Assembly: GCF_003018255.1 (NCBI RefSeq)
Contig: NZ_CP027440.1
Source of the DNA: Escherichia coli
GTDB lineage: Bacteria > Pseudomonadota > Gammaproteobacteria > Enterobacterales > Enterobacteriaceae
DNA: 64,000 bases
Strand: one strand, 5' to 3'
Position numbers and translations under genes: made by a program. Numbering within the stretch: position 1 is the stretch's first letter; each line of letters opens with the position of its first letter. Of this stretch, positions 35,885-53,457 are shown piece after piece. The notes beneath the pieces were generated by a model that saw only the letters and a program-made list of their open reading frames with translations, was not told the origin of the DNA and did not search any database.

Positions 35885-37387
35885 TTAGCGACGAAACCCG
35901 TAATACACTTCGTTCCAGCGCAGCGCGTCTTTAAACGCTGGCAGGCGGGTATCGTTATCAATCACCGTGATTTCAATGTCGTGCATCTCGGCGAACTGGC
36001 GCATATCGTTGAGGTTCAGCGCATGGCTGAAAACGGTATGGTGCGCGCCACCAGCAAGGATCCACGCTTCGGAAGCAGTTGGCAGATCCGGTTGCGCTTT
36101 CCACAGCGCATTCGCCACCGGCAGTTTCGGCAGGGAGTGCGGTGTTTTCACCGTGTTGATGCAGTTAACCAGCAGACGGTAACGATCGCCGAGATCAATC
36201 AGGCTGGCGACAATCGCTGGACCGGTTTGGGTATTGAAGATCAGGCGGGCAGGATCGTCTTTACCGCCAATACCGAGGTGCTGAACGTCGAGGATCGGTT
36301 TCTCTTCCACAGCGATCGACGGACAGACTTCCAGCATGTGGGAGCCGAGCACCAGGTCATTGCCTTTCTCGAAGTGATAGGTGTAGTCCTCCATAAAGGA
36401 GGTGCCGCCCTGCAGACCGGTTGACATCACCTTCATGATGCGAAGCAGGGCGGCAGTTTTCCAGTCGCCTTCGCCCGCAAAGCCGTAACCCTGCTGCATC
36501 AGACGCTGTACGGCCAGACCAGGAAGCTGTTTCAGACCGTGCAAATCTTCAAAGGTGGTGGTGAACGCGTGGAAGCCACCTTGTTCCAGGAAACGCTTCA
36601 TCCCCAGCTCAATACGCGCCGCTTCCAGCACGTTCTGGCGTTTTTCGCCGTGGATTTGTGTGGCAGGCGTCATGGTGTAGCAGCTTTCGTACTCATCGAC
36701 CAGCGCGTTAACATCGCCATCGCTGATGGAGTTCACTACCTGCACCAGATCGCCAACCGCCCAGGTATTGACGGAGAAACCGAACTTGATCTGTGCGGCA
36801 ACTTTATCACCATCGGTGACCGCCACTTCACGCATGTTATCGCCAAAACGGCAGACTTTCAGATGACGGGTATCCTGTTTAGAGACCGCCTGACGCATCC
36901 AGGAGCCGATACGCTCATGGGCTTGTTTATCCTGCCAGTGACCGGTAACGACGGCATGTTGCTGACGCATACGCGCGCCAATGAAGCCGAACTCGCGACC
37001 GCCATGTGCAGTCTGGTTCAGGTTCATAAAGTCCATATCGATGCTATCCCACGGCAGCGCCGCGTTAAACTGGGTGTGGAATTGCAGCAACGGTTTGTTG
37101 AGCATAGTCAGGCCGTTGATCCACATTTTGGCCGGGGAGAAAGTGTGCAGCCACACTACCAGGCCAGCGCAACGATCGTCGTAATTCGCGTCACGGCAAA
37201 TAGCGGTGATTTCATCCGGCGTGGTGCCCAGCGGTTTCAGCACCAGTTTGCAGGGCAGTTTCGCTTCCGTATTCAGCGCATTAACGACGTGCTCGGCATG
37301 TTGGGTGACCTGACGCAGGGTTTCCGGGCCATACAGATGCTGGCTGCCAATTACAAACCACACTTCATAATTATCAAAAATCGTCAT
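35885..37387 (-). CDS. araA: L-arabinose isomerase
   Basis: 500-aa [30 protein letters not shown]... Confidence 0.97.
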   Translation of the reverse strand: MTIFDNYEVWFVIGSQHLYGPETLRQVTQHAEHVVNALNTEAKLPCKLVLKPLGTTPDEITAICRDANYDDRCAGLVVWLHTFSPAKMWINGLTMLNKPLLQFHTQFNAALPWDSIDMDFMNLNQTAHGGREFGFIGARMRQQHAVVTGHWQDKQAHERIGSWMRQAVSKQDTRHLKVCRFGDNMREVAVTDGDKVAAQIKFGFSVNTWAVGDLVQVVNSISDGDVNALVDEYESCYTMTPATQIHGEKRQNVLEAARIELGMKRFLEQGGFHAFTTTFEDLHGLKQLPGLAVQRLMQQGYGFAGEGDWKTAALLRIMKVMSTGLQGGTSFMEDYTYHFEKGNDLVLGSHMLEVCPSIAVEEKPILDVQHLGIGGKDDPARLIFNTQTGPAIVASLIDLGDRYRLLVNCINTVKTPHSLPKLPVANALWKAQPDLPTASEAWILAGGAHHTVFSHALNLNDMRQFAEMHDIEITVIDNDTRLPAFKDALRWNEVYYGFRR

Positions 37388-37397
37388 TGTCGTGTCC

Positions 37398-39436
<2,039 letters not shown>

Positions 39437-40315
39437 ATGGCTGAAGCGCAAAATGATCCCCTGCTGCCGGGATACTCGTTTAACGCCCATCTGGTGGCGG
39501 GTTTAACGCCGATTGAGGCCAACGGTTATCTCGATTTTTTTATCGACCGACCACTGGGAATGAAGGGTTATATTCTCAATCTCACCATACGCGGCCAGGG
39601 GGTGGTGAAAAATCAGGGACGAGAATTTGTCTGCCGACCGGGTGATATTTTGCTGTTCCCGCCAGGAGAGATTCATCACTACGGTCGTCATCCGGAGGCT
39701 CGCGAATGGTATCACCAGTGGGTTTACTTTCGTCCGCGCGCCTACTGGCATGAATGGCTTAACTGGCCGTCAATATTTGCCAATACGGGTTTCTTTCGCC
39801 CGGATGAAGCGCACCAGCCGCATTTCAGCGACCTGTTTGGGCAAATCATTAACGCCGGGCAAGGGGAAGGGCGCTATTCGGAGCTGCTGGCGATAAATCT
39901 GCTTGAGCAATTGTTACTGCGGCGCATGGAAGCGATTAACGAGTCGCTCCATCCACCGATGGATAATCGGGTACGCGAGGCTTGTCAGTACATCAGCGAT
40001 CACCTGGCAGACAGCAATTTTGATATCGCCAGCGTCGCACAGCATGTTTGCCTGTCGCCGTCGCGTCTGTCGCATCTGTTCCGCCAGCAGTTAGGAATTA
40101 GCGTCTTAAGCTGGCGCGAGGACCAACGCATTAGTCAGGCGAAGCTGCTTTTGAGCACCACCCGGATGCCTATCGCCACCGTCGGTCGCAATGTTGGTTT
40201 TGACGATCAACTCTATTTCTCGCGAGTATTTAAAAAATGCACCGGGGCCAGCCCGAGTGAATTCCGTGCCGGTTGTGAAGAAAAAGTGAATGATGTAGCC
40301 GCCAAGTTGTCATAA
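39437..40315 (+). CDS. araC: arabinose operon AraC-family regulator
   Basis: ORF 39386..40315; AraC from [55 protein letters not shown] (292 aa). Confidence 0.97.
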   Translation: MAEAQNDPLLPGYSFNAHLVAGLTPIEANGYLDFFIDRPLGMKGYILNLTIRGQGVVKNQGREFVCRPGDILLFPPGEIHHYGRHPEAREWYHQWVYFRPRAYWHEWLNWPSIFANTGFFRPDEAHQPHFSDLFGQIINAGQGEGRYSELLAINLLEQLLLRRMEAINESLHPPMDNRVREACQYISDHLADSNFDIASVAQHVCLSPSRLSHLFRQQLGISVLSWREDQRISQAKLLLSTTRMPIATVGRNVGFDDQLYFSRVFKKCTGASPSEFRAGCEEKVNDVAAKLS

Positions 40316-40400
40316 TTGGTAACGAATCAGATAATTGACGGCTTGACGGAGTAGCATAGGGTTTGCAGAATCCCTGCTTCGTCCATTTGACAGGCACATT

Positions 40401-41165
40401 ATGCAAGCATTGCTGGAACACTTTATTACCCAATCCACCGTGTATTCATTGATGGCGGTGGTGTTGGTAGCCTTTCTGGAGTCGCTGGCGCTGGTCGGTT
40501 TGATTCTACCCGGTACGGTGCTAATGGCGGGACTGGGGGCGCTGATTGGCAGTGGCGAGTTAAGTTTCTGGCACGCCTGGCTGGCAGGGATCGTCGGTTG
40601 TCTGCTGGGCGACTGGATCTCCTTCTGGCTGGGCTGGCGTTTTAAAAAGCCGTTGCATCGCTGGTCATTTCTGAAGAAGAACAAAGCATTACTCGATAAA
40701 ACCGAACATGCGCTGCATCAGCACAGCATGTTCACCATTCTGGTCGGTCGCTTTGTTGGCCCGACGCGTCCGCTGGTGCCAATGGTGGCGGGAATGCTGG
40801 ATCTGCCGGTGGCAAAATTCATTACGCCGAATATTATCGGCTGCCTGCTGTGGCCACCGTTTTACTTCCTGCCAGGGATTCTGGCGGGTGCGGCGATCGA
40901 TATTCCAGCCGGAATGCAGAGCGGCGAGTTTAAATGGTTGCTGCTGGCGACGGCGGTATTTTTGTGGGTTGGTGGCTGGCTGTGCTGGCGGTTATGGCGC
41001 AGCGGTAAAGCGACTGACCGTTTGAGTCATTATTTGTCGCGCGGTCGTTTGTTGTGGCTGGCACCGTTAATTTCTGCCGTCGGTGTAGTGGCGCTGGTGG
41101 TGTTAATTCGCCACCCGTTGATGCCGGTGTATATCGATATTTTGCGTAAAGTGGTTGGGGTTTAG
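40401..41165 (+). CDS. yabI: DedA-family inner-membrane protein
   Basis: 254-aa membrane ORF in the yabI position. Confidence 0.9.
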   Translation: MQALLEHFITQSTVYSLMAVVLVAFLESLALVGLILPGTVLMAGLGALIGSGELSFWHAWLAGIVGCLLGDWISFWLGWRFKKPLHRWSFLKKNKALLDKTEHALHQHSMFTILVGRFVGPTRPLVPMVAGMLDLPVAKFITPNIIGCLLWPPFYFLPGILAGAAIDIPAGMQSGEFKWLLLATAVFLWVGGWLCWRLWRSGKATDRLSHYLSRGRLLWLAPLISAVGVVALVVLIRHPLMPVYIDILRKVVGV

Positions 41166-41184
41166 GGGATAGCCTTGTGCGGGT

Positions 41185-41272
<88 letters not shown>

Positions 41273-41278
41273 TGCATA

Positions 41279-41977
41279 CTAACCCGTAATCCCCAATATT
41301 GCCGAAGCACTCGCCTTACCGCTCAACAACTCATCGGTCATACCCTGCCAGGCGATGCGCCCGTCGGCGACCACCACCGAGCGCGTGGCGATCCGCGCCG
41401 CATCTTCCACACTGTGCGACACCATCAATAGCGTCATTTTTTGCTGTTGGCAGCTCGTGCTCACCAGCGTCAACATCTCCTGACGTAACGCCGGATCGAG
41501 CGCAGAGAACGGTTCATCGAGCAATAAAATCGGCTGTTCGCGCACCAGACAACGCGCTAACGCCACGCGCTGTCGCTGACCGCCAGAAAGCTCGCCCGGT
41601 AAGCGCGCCATTAAATTATCAATCCCCATCTGACGGGCAATCGCGTGCATTTTCTCCTGTTGTGCCGCGTTCAGCTTCAATCCTGGATTAAGCCCCAGCC
41701 CGATGTTCTGCGCGACCGTCAGGTGACTGAACAGGTTGTTTTCCTGAAACAGCATCGACACCGGACGGCGTGACGGCGGCGTCGTGGTGTGATCAACGCC
41801 GTCGATAGTCAGCGAACCGCTGGCTGGCGTCAGAAAACCGGCGATCAAATTCAGCAGGGTACTTTTACCCGCGCCGCTTGGCCCGAGGATCGCCACCTGC
41901 TCGCTGCGTTCCACCGTTAAGCTAAAACGCATCGGCAAATGGTGGTAAAGCCAGGTGATATCAGTCAGTTTTAACAT
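41279..41977 (-). CDS. thiQ: thiamine ABC transporter ATP-binding protein
   Basis: ORF 41279..41998; Walker [10 protein letters not shown] and ABC signature [13 protein letters not shown]; start taken at [13 protein letters not shown]. Confidence 0.93.
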   Translation of the reverse strand: MLKLTDITWLYHHLPMRFSLTVERSEQVAILGPSGAGKSTLLNLIAGFLTPASGSLTIDGVDHTTTPPSRRPVSMLFQENNLFSHLTVAQNIGLGLNPGLKLNAAQQEKMHAIARQMGIDNLMARLPGELSGGQRQRVALARCLVREQPILLLDEPFSALDPALRQEMLTLVSTSCQQQKMTLLMVSHSVEDAARIATRSVVVADGRIAWQGMTDELLSGKASASAILGITG

Positions 41978-43571
41978 TTCGCCCCGGTAGTTTTTCAATC
42001 ACGGTAAACAGCAGAAAACAGAGTAGCAGCAGAATTAACGCGGTGACCGCGCCGTCCTGGCTGCGATAGGAGCCAATTTGCTGGTAGAGATAAAACGGCA
42101 GGGTGCGGAAATCATCGTTACCGAACAACGCCACCACGCCAAAATCACCAATCGATAGCACACAAGCAAAGGCCAGTGCCTGCGCCAGTGGGCGTTTAAG
42201 GGCGCGCAGCTCCACCACTTTTAAGCGTGACCAGCCTTCAATGCCCAGCGACTGACACAACATACTGTAACGCGCGGTGATATCGCGCATCGGGTTTTCC
42301 AGCACTTTCAGCGCATAAGGGATCGCCATTAACGCATTGGTGAAAATCACAATGCCGTCAGCAGATTGTGGCAGGCCGATAGTGTTGTTGAGCAGTAAAA
42401 AGAAGCCGGTAGCCAGCACAATCCCCGGCATCGCGAGGATCAACATGCCGCTCATCTCCAGCGCCTGACCCGCCAGCATTTTCTGCCGCGCCCGCAGTTC
42501 GCGACTGCTCCATAGCAGCATCATGGTCAGCACTACGCATAATACGCCTGCCGCCAGCGCAATACGCAACGAGGTCCACAGCGCCTGCCACAGCACCGGC
42601 TGCGCCAGCACTTCCGGCAACTGGCGATTTATCCCATCGACGAGCACCGCCAGTAACGGTGGCAGCAACAGCAACAGCGCCAGCACAATTAACACCGTGT
42701 CGCAAATGCGGCTATGCAGACGATCGTCCGGGTCGCGCCAGCCTTGCAGCAGCGTAGTGCCGGGCGCAATGGCCTTACTCAATCGCTGACTCAACAGCAC
42801 CAGCCCAAGGCAACACACCATCTGGATCAGCGCCAGCATCGCCGCGCGGGCAGGATCGTAGTCGTAACTCAGCGCCTGATAAATAGCCAGCTCGATAGTC
42901 GTCGCTTGCGGACCGCCGCCCAGCGACAACACGGTGGCGAAGCTGGCGAAACAGAGCATAAAGATAAGCGCGGCAACCGGCGGGATTTGTCGCCGTAACC
43001 ACGGCCATTCGACGAAGCGGAAAAAATGCCAGCCGCGCATCCCAAGCTGGGCGGCAAGCTGACGTTGTTCCCCGGGAATGTTTTCCAGTGCCTGGAGTAA
43101 TAAGCGGCTCGCCATCGGCAGATTAAAAAATACATGCGCCAGCAAAATGCCTTGCAGGCCGTAGGGCGAAAACGTCCACTCCAGACCAAGCGATTGCCAG
43201 AGCGATGCCAGCCAGCCCTGGCGACCATAGACGCTAAGAATGCCGAAAACAGCAACCAGCACCGGGAGGATCAAGGTCATGGCACACAGACGCAACAGCG
43301 CCAGCCGTCCTGGAAAGCGCCTGCGGTAGAGGGCGCGGGCAAGGAATATCGCGGGCACGACAGAGAGCAGCGCCGAGAGAAACGCCTGCCAGAAGGAGAA
43401 GCGCACCACATGCCACAGGTAGCTGTCCTGCCAGATTGCCACCCAGTCACCCTGCGGCGCGTTCCACCACAGGGCGAGAAACGCAGCCAGTGCAACCGCC
43501 ACCACCAGCGTGGCGGCGCTTATTCCTGGAATTAACCAGCCGGGAATTAACGGCTGACGGCGCGTTGCCAT
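41961..43571 (-). CDS. thiP: thiamine ABC transporter permease
   Basis: 536-aa polytopic ORF overlapping thiQ and thiB. Confidence 0.93.
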   Translation of the reverse strand: MATRRQPLIPGWLIPGISAATLVVAVALAAFLALWWNAPQGDWVAIWQDSYLWHVVRFSFWQAFLSALLSVVPAIFLARALYRRRFPGRLALLRLCAMTLILPVLVAVFGILSVYGRQGWLASLWQSLGLEWTFSPYGLQGILLAHVFFNLPMASRLLLQALENIPGEQRQLAAQLGMRGWHFFRFVEWPWLRRQIPPVAALIFMLCFASFATVLSLGGGPQATTIELAIYQALSYDYDPARAAMLALIQMVCCLGLVLLSQRLSKAIAPGTTLLQGWRDPDDRLHSRICDTVLIVLALLLLLPPLLAVLVDGINRQLPEVLAQPVLWQALWTSLRIALAAGVLCVVLTMMLLWSSRELRARQKMLAGQALEMSGMLILAMPGIVLATGFFLLLNNTIGLPQSADGIVIFTNALMAIPYALKVLENPMRDITARYSMLCQSLGIEGWSRLKVVELRALKRPLAQALAFACVLSIGDFGVVALFGNDDFRTLPFYLYQQIGSYRSQDGAVTALILLLLCFLLFTVIEKLPGRNVKTD

Positions 43572-44530
43572 TCGCTAATCCATGCCTGACGTTGTGCCGC
43601 CACTTCGGCTGGCGTGAACTCCAGCGTGGTTGCCGGTTTGGTCAATTGTTCAAAACCGGCAGGCAGCGTGACGTTTGCCACCGGATACATCCAGTTGCCG
43701 GTTGGGATCGCATTCTGAAAAGCCGGAGAAACCATAAACTGGAGAAATTTTTGCGCCAGCTCCGGCTGCTTGCTGGCAGCGGTGCGGGCGGCGACTTCCA
43801 CCTGCAGATAGTGACCTTCGCTGAAGTTTGCGGCGGCGTAGTTATCTTTCTTCTCTTCGAGAATGTGATAAGCCGGAGAGGTGGTGTAACTCAGTACCAG
43901 ATCGCTTTCACCTTTTAAAAACAGGCCGTAGGCTTCGCTCCAGCCTTTGGTGACCGTGACCGTTTTCTTCGCCAGTTTCTGCCAGGCTTGTGGGGCGTCA
44001 TCGCCATAGACTTTTTGCATCCACAACAGCAGGCCCAGCCCCGGCGTACTGGTGCGCGGATCCTGATAAATCACCCGCCAGTTTTGATCGCTCTCAACAA
44101 GCTCTTTCAGGCTTTGCGGCGGATTTTTCAGTTTGTTCTTGTCATAGACGAAGGCGAAATAGCCGTAATCAAACGGTACGAAAGTGTCATTTTTCCAGCC
44201 GCCGGGAACGTTAACGGCATCCGCTGCCACGCCGCTTTTGGCAAATAGTCCGGTTTTACTGGCGGCGTCTAACAGGTTGTTATCCAGCCCCAGCACCACA
44301 TCGGCTTTACTGTTTTTGCCTTCCATCCGCAGACGGTTGAGCAGCGAAACGCCATCTTCCAGCGCCACCAGTTTCAGTTCGCAGTTACAGTCGGCTTCAA
44401 AAGCTTTTTTGATCTTTGGACCAGGCCCCCAGTCGGCGGCGAAGGAATCGTAGGTATAAACAGTCAGAACGGGTTTAGCGAAAACGGGCGCTGTGCACAG
44501 CAACAGCAAGGGGAGACATTTTTTTAACAC
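43547..44530 (-). CDS. thiB: thiamine-binding periplasmic protein
   Basis: ORF 43547..44542; signal peptide LKKCLPLLLLCTAPVFA; GTG start assumed at 44530 (327 aa). Confidence 0.9.
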   Translation of the reverse strand: MLKKCLPLLLLCTAPVFAKPVLTVYTYDSFAADWGPGPKIKKAFEADCNCELKLVALEDGVSLLNRLRMEGKNSKADVVLGLDNNLLDAASKTGLFAKSGVAADAVNVPGGWKNDTFVPFDYGYFAFVYDKNKLKNPPQSLKELVESDQNWRVIYQDPRTSTPGLGLLLWMQKVYGDDAPQAWQKLAKKTVTVTKGWSEAYGLFLKGESDLVLSYTTSPAYHILEEKKDNYAAANFSEGHYLQVEVAARTAASKQPELAQKFLQFMVSPAFQNAIPTGNWMYPVANVTLPAGFEQLTKPATTLEFTPAEVAAQRQAWISEWQRAVSR

Positions 44531-44565
44531 TTTGCACCTCAAAAAAGAGTGGCAAAGGACTTGAG

Positions 44566-44658
44566 AAGGAGCCTCAAATCCCTTCGCCGGCGTTATCCGG
44601 ATCAGGTTCGACGGGTATTTTCTCAGCGCACGCGTCTGCGTGGCACCCCGTTGAGAAC
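44566..44658 (-). ncRNA. sroA: TPP riboswitch (THI element) in the thiBPQ leader; region of the SroA sRNA
   Basis: Minus strand reads ...ggggtgccacgcagacgcgtgcgctgagaaaatacccgtcgaacctgatccggataacgccggcgaagggatttgagg..., carrying the conserved CUGAGA and ACCUGAUC.GGAUAA.GCC.GCG.AGGGA thi-box motifs. Confidence 0.85.
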
Positions 44659-44693
44659 GGCGTTAGTGTAGTGATTTTGTTATCAACCAGCAA

Positions 44694-46349
44694 TCATGGA
44701 TCCGGCGGCGCAAACCACGCTGATTTAAAATCGAACCAGCCGAGGGTATTCATACGCAGGCCGCGCATACTGCGTTGCCCCTGAATGATCAGCCAGTGGT
44801 GGATAAGCGGCACCATTGCTTTGCTGGCGACCAGTTGCTGGCACCAGTTCGCCAGGTTTATTTCGCCATTGCGCCAGCGGGCGGCGTCGGCTTGCCAGTC
44901 GATCGGAATACAGTGTTGTAGCAGCGGCACCTCGCACAGGTGCGCGAATAGCGAAAAATCCAGCGGCAGCGTAAAGTTGGCGCTGTTAAGCCAGATATCG
45001 CTCTCGATCTCTCCTTCATGCCACTGATCGTAGCTGATCTCTTTGATTTCCAGCGTGACCTGGTGACTTGCCAGAATCTGCTGCATGATCCCGGCAATCA
45101 CCCTATGCTCACTGTGATCCTGATAAAAGGTCAGGGTGAGGCTTTCCAGACCAGCCGGTTTTTCGCTCTTTATGGTGCGGGTATGGTGCCAACGGGGAAG
45201 CAGCCCATAGGCCGGAAACCACAACTGCTGGTACTGTTCCTCGGCGAAATAAACCAGATTGGTCGGCGAAAGCACATAGCTTATCCAGTCTCTGACTTGC
45301 TGATTCGCCCCGCGATGGGTACGGCTGTCGAACAGTAAATAGTAACAACCTTCTTCAAGGCGGCTTTCAATCTCTTTTTCCTCGTCTTGCGGTCCTTTCA
45401 GCATCAGGCCTCCCGCGGGGTCATCAGCAATTTCCGGCAAGACCCAGACGTTAACTTCGTCGATTAATGCCCGATAACCAAAGAAGTCGTCGAATGCCTG
45501 AATTTTCAGTTGATTGCTGCTGTTGCGGATCACCGCATAAGGACCCGTTCCGATGGGATGGCTGGCAAAGTTGCTGAGGGTTTCCCATTCGCGCGGCAGG
45601 ATCATCGCCGGAACTTGCCCCAGCAGTAACGGTAACCAGCGGTCCGGTTGCGTGAGATGGATATCCAGCGTCCAGGGCGTCGGCGACACAATGTCAGCAA
45701 TATGCGAATAGAGCGGCAGCGTATTGATTCGTTTTAAAGAGGCGATCACGTCGTCCATTTCCAGTTCACGACCATGATGAAAATGGACTCCTGGACGCAA
45801 AAAGAAACGCCAGTGAAGCGGTAAAATTTGCTGCCAGTGGTGGGCGATGTCCGCTTCCAGTTCCCCATTTTCCTCATTTATGCGCGTTAGCGAACTGAAG
45901 ATTTGCCGGGCGATATGGGTTTCGGAACGACGCAATGCACTGCCGGGCAGCAGATTACGCAACGGACGATAGTAGAGAACGCGCAGGATGTGCCGCCCCT
46001 GGCGGAAGCTGCGTCCCAGATGAGAAACCAACATTTGCCGCACAGCCGCTTTGTCGCCAACCAGTTGCACCAGTTGATCGATACGATCCTGCTCCAGCAG
46101 GTCCTCTGCTCGCTGTTGCTGAAGCGCCAGCCCGGTATAGAGGAATGTCAGACGCGAGCGTTTGCCGCGCCCGACTTCCGCTTCCCACGTCAGCCAGCCG
46201 CGATCCTGCATGGTGTTGAGCAGGGTGCGCATATGACGACGCGAGCAGCTCAATAACGCTGCCAGTTCGTTGAGCGTCGTGTCCTGCGATTTACCCTCGC
46301 AGCATTGCCACAGGCGGATGAACTGTTGTTGCAGACGAGCAGATGGCAT
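44694..46349 (-). CDS. sgrR: transcriptional activator of sgrS (solute-binding-protein-like domain with N-terminal HTH)
   Basis: ORF 44694..46370; start taken at [33 protein letters not shown] (551 aa). Confidence 0.93.
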   Translation of the reverse strand: MPSARLQQQFIRLWQCCEGKSQDTTLNELAALLSCSRRHMRTLLNTMQDRGWLTWEAEVGRGKRSRLTFLYTGLALQQQRAEDLLEQDRIDQLVQLVGDKAAVRQMLVSHLGRSFRQGRHILRVLYYRPLRNLLPGSALRRSETHIARQIFSSLTRINEENGELEADIAHHWQQILPLHWRFFLRPGVHFHHGRELEMDDVIASLKRINTLPLYSHIADIVSPTPWTLDIHLTQPDRWLPLLLGQVPAMILPREWETLSNFASHPIGTGPYAVIRNSSNQLKIQAFDDFFGYRALIDEVNVWVLPEIADDPAGGLMLKGPQDEEKEIESRLEEGCYYLLFDSRTHRGANQQVRDWISYVLSPTNLVYFAEEQYQQLWFPAYGLLPRWHHTRTIKSEKPAGLESLTLTFYQDHSEHRVIAGIMQQILASHQVTLEIKEISYDQWHEGEIESDIWLNSANFTLPLDFSLFAHLCEVPLLQHCIPIDWQADAARWRNGEINLANWCQQLVASKAMVPLIHHWLIIQGQRSMRGLRMNTLGWFDFKSAWFAPPDP

Positions 46350-46416
46350 AAAAGGGGAACTCCTGCGCAAAAGACAGCAATTTTATTTTCCCTATATTAA
46401 GTCAATAATTCCTAAC

Positions 46417-46646
46417 GATGAAGCAAGGAGGTGCCTCATGCGTCAGTTTTATCAGCACTATTTTACCGCGACAGCGAAGTTGTGCTGGTTGCGTTGGTTA
46501 AGCGTCCCACAACGATTAACCATGCTTGAAGAACTGATGCAATGGGAGGGGAGTCATTCTGACTACTGATTTGCGGACATCATGTGTGACTGAGTATTGG
46601 TGTTAATCGCCACGCCAGCAGTGATTATCTGCTGGCTTTTTTCTTT
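46417..46646 (+). ncRNA. sgrS: dual-function small RNA SgrS (glucose-phosphate stress)
   Basis: Begins gatgaagcaagg...; contains the sgrT ORF, the conserved ptsG-pairing region (gtgtgactgagtattggtg) and a terminal hairpin gccagcag-tgattat-ctgctggc plus T-run. Confidence 0.85.
46438..46569 (+). CDS. sgrT: 43-aa peptide encoded within SgrS
   Basis: C-terminal 43 aa of ORF 46270..46569, MRQFYQHYFTATAKLCWLRWLSVPQRLTMLEELMQWEGSHSDY, preceded by aggag. Confidence 0.85.
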   Translation: MRQFYQHYFTATAKLCWLRWLSVPQRLTMLEELMQWEGSHSDY

Positions 46647-46676
46647 TTGGCGATTGAGTGCCGGACGGTGTACAAA

Positions 46677-48693
<2,017 letters not shown>

Positions 48694-48695
48694 GA

Positions 48696-51358
<2,663 letters not shown>

Positions 51359-51404
51359 GGTTTGGGTCCTTGTCTCTTTTTGAGCGCCTCGCTTCGGGCA
51401 TAAA

Positions 51405-51433
51405 AAAACCCGCGCAATGGCGCGGGTTTTTTG
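51405..51433 (-). terminator. leu attenuator terminator hairpin (cccgcgc-loop-gcgcggg flanked by T runs)
   Basis: GC-rich stem-loop followed by a U-run on the minus strand, between leuL and leuA. Confidence 0.8.
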
Positions 51434-51450
51434 TTTGACTGAGTGCTGAC

Positions 51451-51537
51451 TTAATTCTGAATGCCGCTCACCAGTCTACCGCGCAAAGAAGATGCGTTTA
51501 GTAGTAGTAGACCGATAAAGCGAACGATGTGAGTCAT
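51451..51537 (-). CDS. leuL: leu operon leader peptide (four consecutive Leu codons)
   Basis: Last 28 codons of minus ORF 51451..51642: [28 protein letters not shown]. Confidence 0.85.
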
Positions 51538-52195
51538 TAAATCAGCTCCAGATGAATGCGATATGCTTTTAGAGTTACTGGATACCAAAACGGATGTCAA
51601 CCCTGATGCAACAAAAACGTCCAGCCAGCGTGAGTTCTGCATCCGTCAAATTAGCTAATTGTGCTGCGGTGGTTAAAACAAGCGATATTAATTTCTGCTT
51701 AACCACCGCCGCTTTTCATCGGTTGACATATTTCAGAATAAATTTTTGCATCTAATCGACGAGGGAAAGGGGGATAAAATGCACGCGTTACAAAACCTAT
51801 CCTGATGATTTGTATTGAATTATATGTATTGCGAATTTTTTGATATTCATTTGGTGAATATTATTGATCAATTAATGTTAAGAATTAAAACATTAAACAT
51901 ATAAATTAATTATTAAAAAAGCACATTTAATCCATTTTGTGGATGATTGAGTATTCGTGGTAGTTATGATTAGATTGTTTTCGCAACAAAAACATTATGG
52001 ATTATTATGCTGTGGTAAATGACGCTTTCCACGGCAATGGATTCTGTTTTTATCAGAACCCGTATCTTTATGTTTTCCTAATTTTACTCATTTTCCTTTT
52101 TCTTATTTTATATGCATGATAAATCATATTCTCGAGGATTATTTCTCTGCATTCCAATAAGGGAAAGGGAGTTAAGTGTGACAGTGGAGTTAAGT
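51538..52195. promoter_or_regulatory. AT-rich leuL-leuO intergenic region (divergent promoters)
   Basis: About 660 bp with long A/T tracts (e.g. ttaatgttaagaattaaaacattaaacatataaattaattattaaaaaag); this locus is a known H-NS-silenced region. Confidence 0.6.
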
Positions 52196-53140
52196 ATGCC
52201 AGAGGTTCAAACAGATCATCCAGAGACGGCGGAGTTAAGCAAGCCACAGCTACGCATGGTCGATCTCAACTTATTAACCGTTTTCGATGCCGTGATGCAG
52301 GAGCAAAACATCACCCGTGCCGCTCATGTTCTGGGAATGTCGCAACCTGCGGTCAGTAACGCTGTTGCACGCCTGAAGGTGATGTTTAATGACGAGCTTT
52401 TTGTTCGTTATGGCCGTGGTATTCAACCGACTGCTCGCGCATTTCAACTTTTTGGCTCAGTTCGTCAGGCATTGCAACTAGTACAAAATGAATTGCCTGG
52501 TTCAGGTTTTGAACCCGCGAGCAGTGAACGTGTATTTCATCTTTGTGTTTGCAGCCCGTTAGACAGCATTCTGACCTCGCAGATTTATAATCACATTGAG
52601 CAGATTGCGCCAAATATACATGTTATGTTCAAGTCTTCATTAAATCAGAACACTGAACATCAGCTGCGTTATCAGGAAACGGAGTTTGTGATTAGTTATG
52701 AAGACTTCCATCGCCCTGAATTTACCAGTGTGCCATTATTTAAAGATGAAATGGTGTTGGTAGCCAGCAAAAATCATCCAACAATTAAAGGCCCGTTACT
52801 GAAACATGATGTTTATAACGAACAACATGCTGCGGTTTCGCTCGATCGTTTCGCGTCATTTAGTCAAACCTGGTATGACACGGTAGATAAGCAAGCCAGT
52901 ATCGCGTATCAGGGCATGGCAATGATGAGCGTACTTAGCGTGGTGTCGCAAACGCATCTGGTCGCTATTGCGCCGCGTTGGCTGGCTGAAGAGTTCGCTG
53001 AATCCTTAGAGTTACAGGTATTACCGCTGCCGTTAAAACAAAACAGCAGAACCTGTTATCTCTCCTGGCATGAAGCTGCCGGGCGCGATAAAGGCCATCA
53101 GTGGATGGAAGAGCAATTAGTCTCAATTTGCAAACGCTAA
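52196..53140 (+). CDS. leuO: LysR-family global regulator
   Basis: ORF 52112..53140; LeuO from [33 protein letters not shown] (314 aa). Confidence 0.93.
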   Translation: MPEVQTDHPETAELSKPQLRMVDLNLLTVFDAVMQEQNITRAAHVLGMSQPAVSNAVARLKVMFNDELFVRYGRGIQPTARAFQLFGSVRQALQLVQNELPGSGFEPASSERVFHLCVCSPLDSILTSQIYNHIEQIAPNIHVMFKSSLNQNTEHQLRYQETEFVISYEDFHRPEFTSVPLFKDEMVLVASKNHPTIKGPLLKHDVYNEQHAAVSLDRFASFSQTWYDTVDKQASIAYQGMAMMSVLSVVSQTHLVAIAPRWLAEEFAESLELQVLPLPLKQNSRTCYLSWHEAAGRDKGHQWMEEQLVSICKR

Positions 53141-53457
53141 CTGAATGCAGAATAGGTCAGACATTAATGTCTGGTTTATTCTGCATTTTTTATTGAATAT
53201 AGAATTTTATTCTGAATGTGTGATCTCGCTATTTTAGGATTAATTAAAAAAATAGAGAAATTGCTGTAAGTTGTGGGATTCAGCCGATTTATTATCAATT
53301 TAATCCTCTGTAATGGAGGATTTTATCGTTTCTTTTCACCTTTCCTCCTGTTTATTCTTATTACCCCGTGTTTATGTCTCAGGCTGCCAATTGCTTAAGC
53401 AAGATCGGACGGTTAATGTGTTTTACACATTTTTTCCGTCAAACAGTGAGGCAGGCC

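Noticed and set aside
46270-46437. Upstream part of the 99-aa ORF that ends at the sgrT stop
   Set aside because: Only the last 43 codons have an RBS and match SgrT; the upstream portion runs through the sgrR/sgrS promoter region.
51451-51642. 63-aa minus-strand ORF covering leuL
   Set aside because: Only the C-terminal 28 codons correspond to the leu leader peptide; the rest is upstream read-through of the frame.
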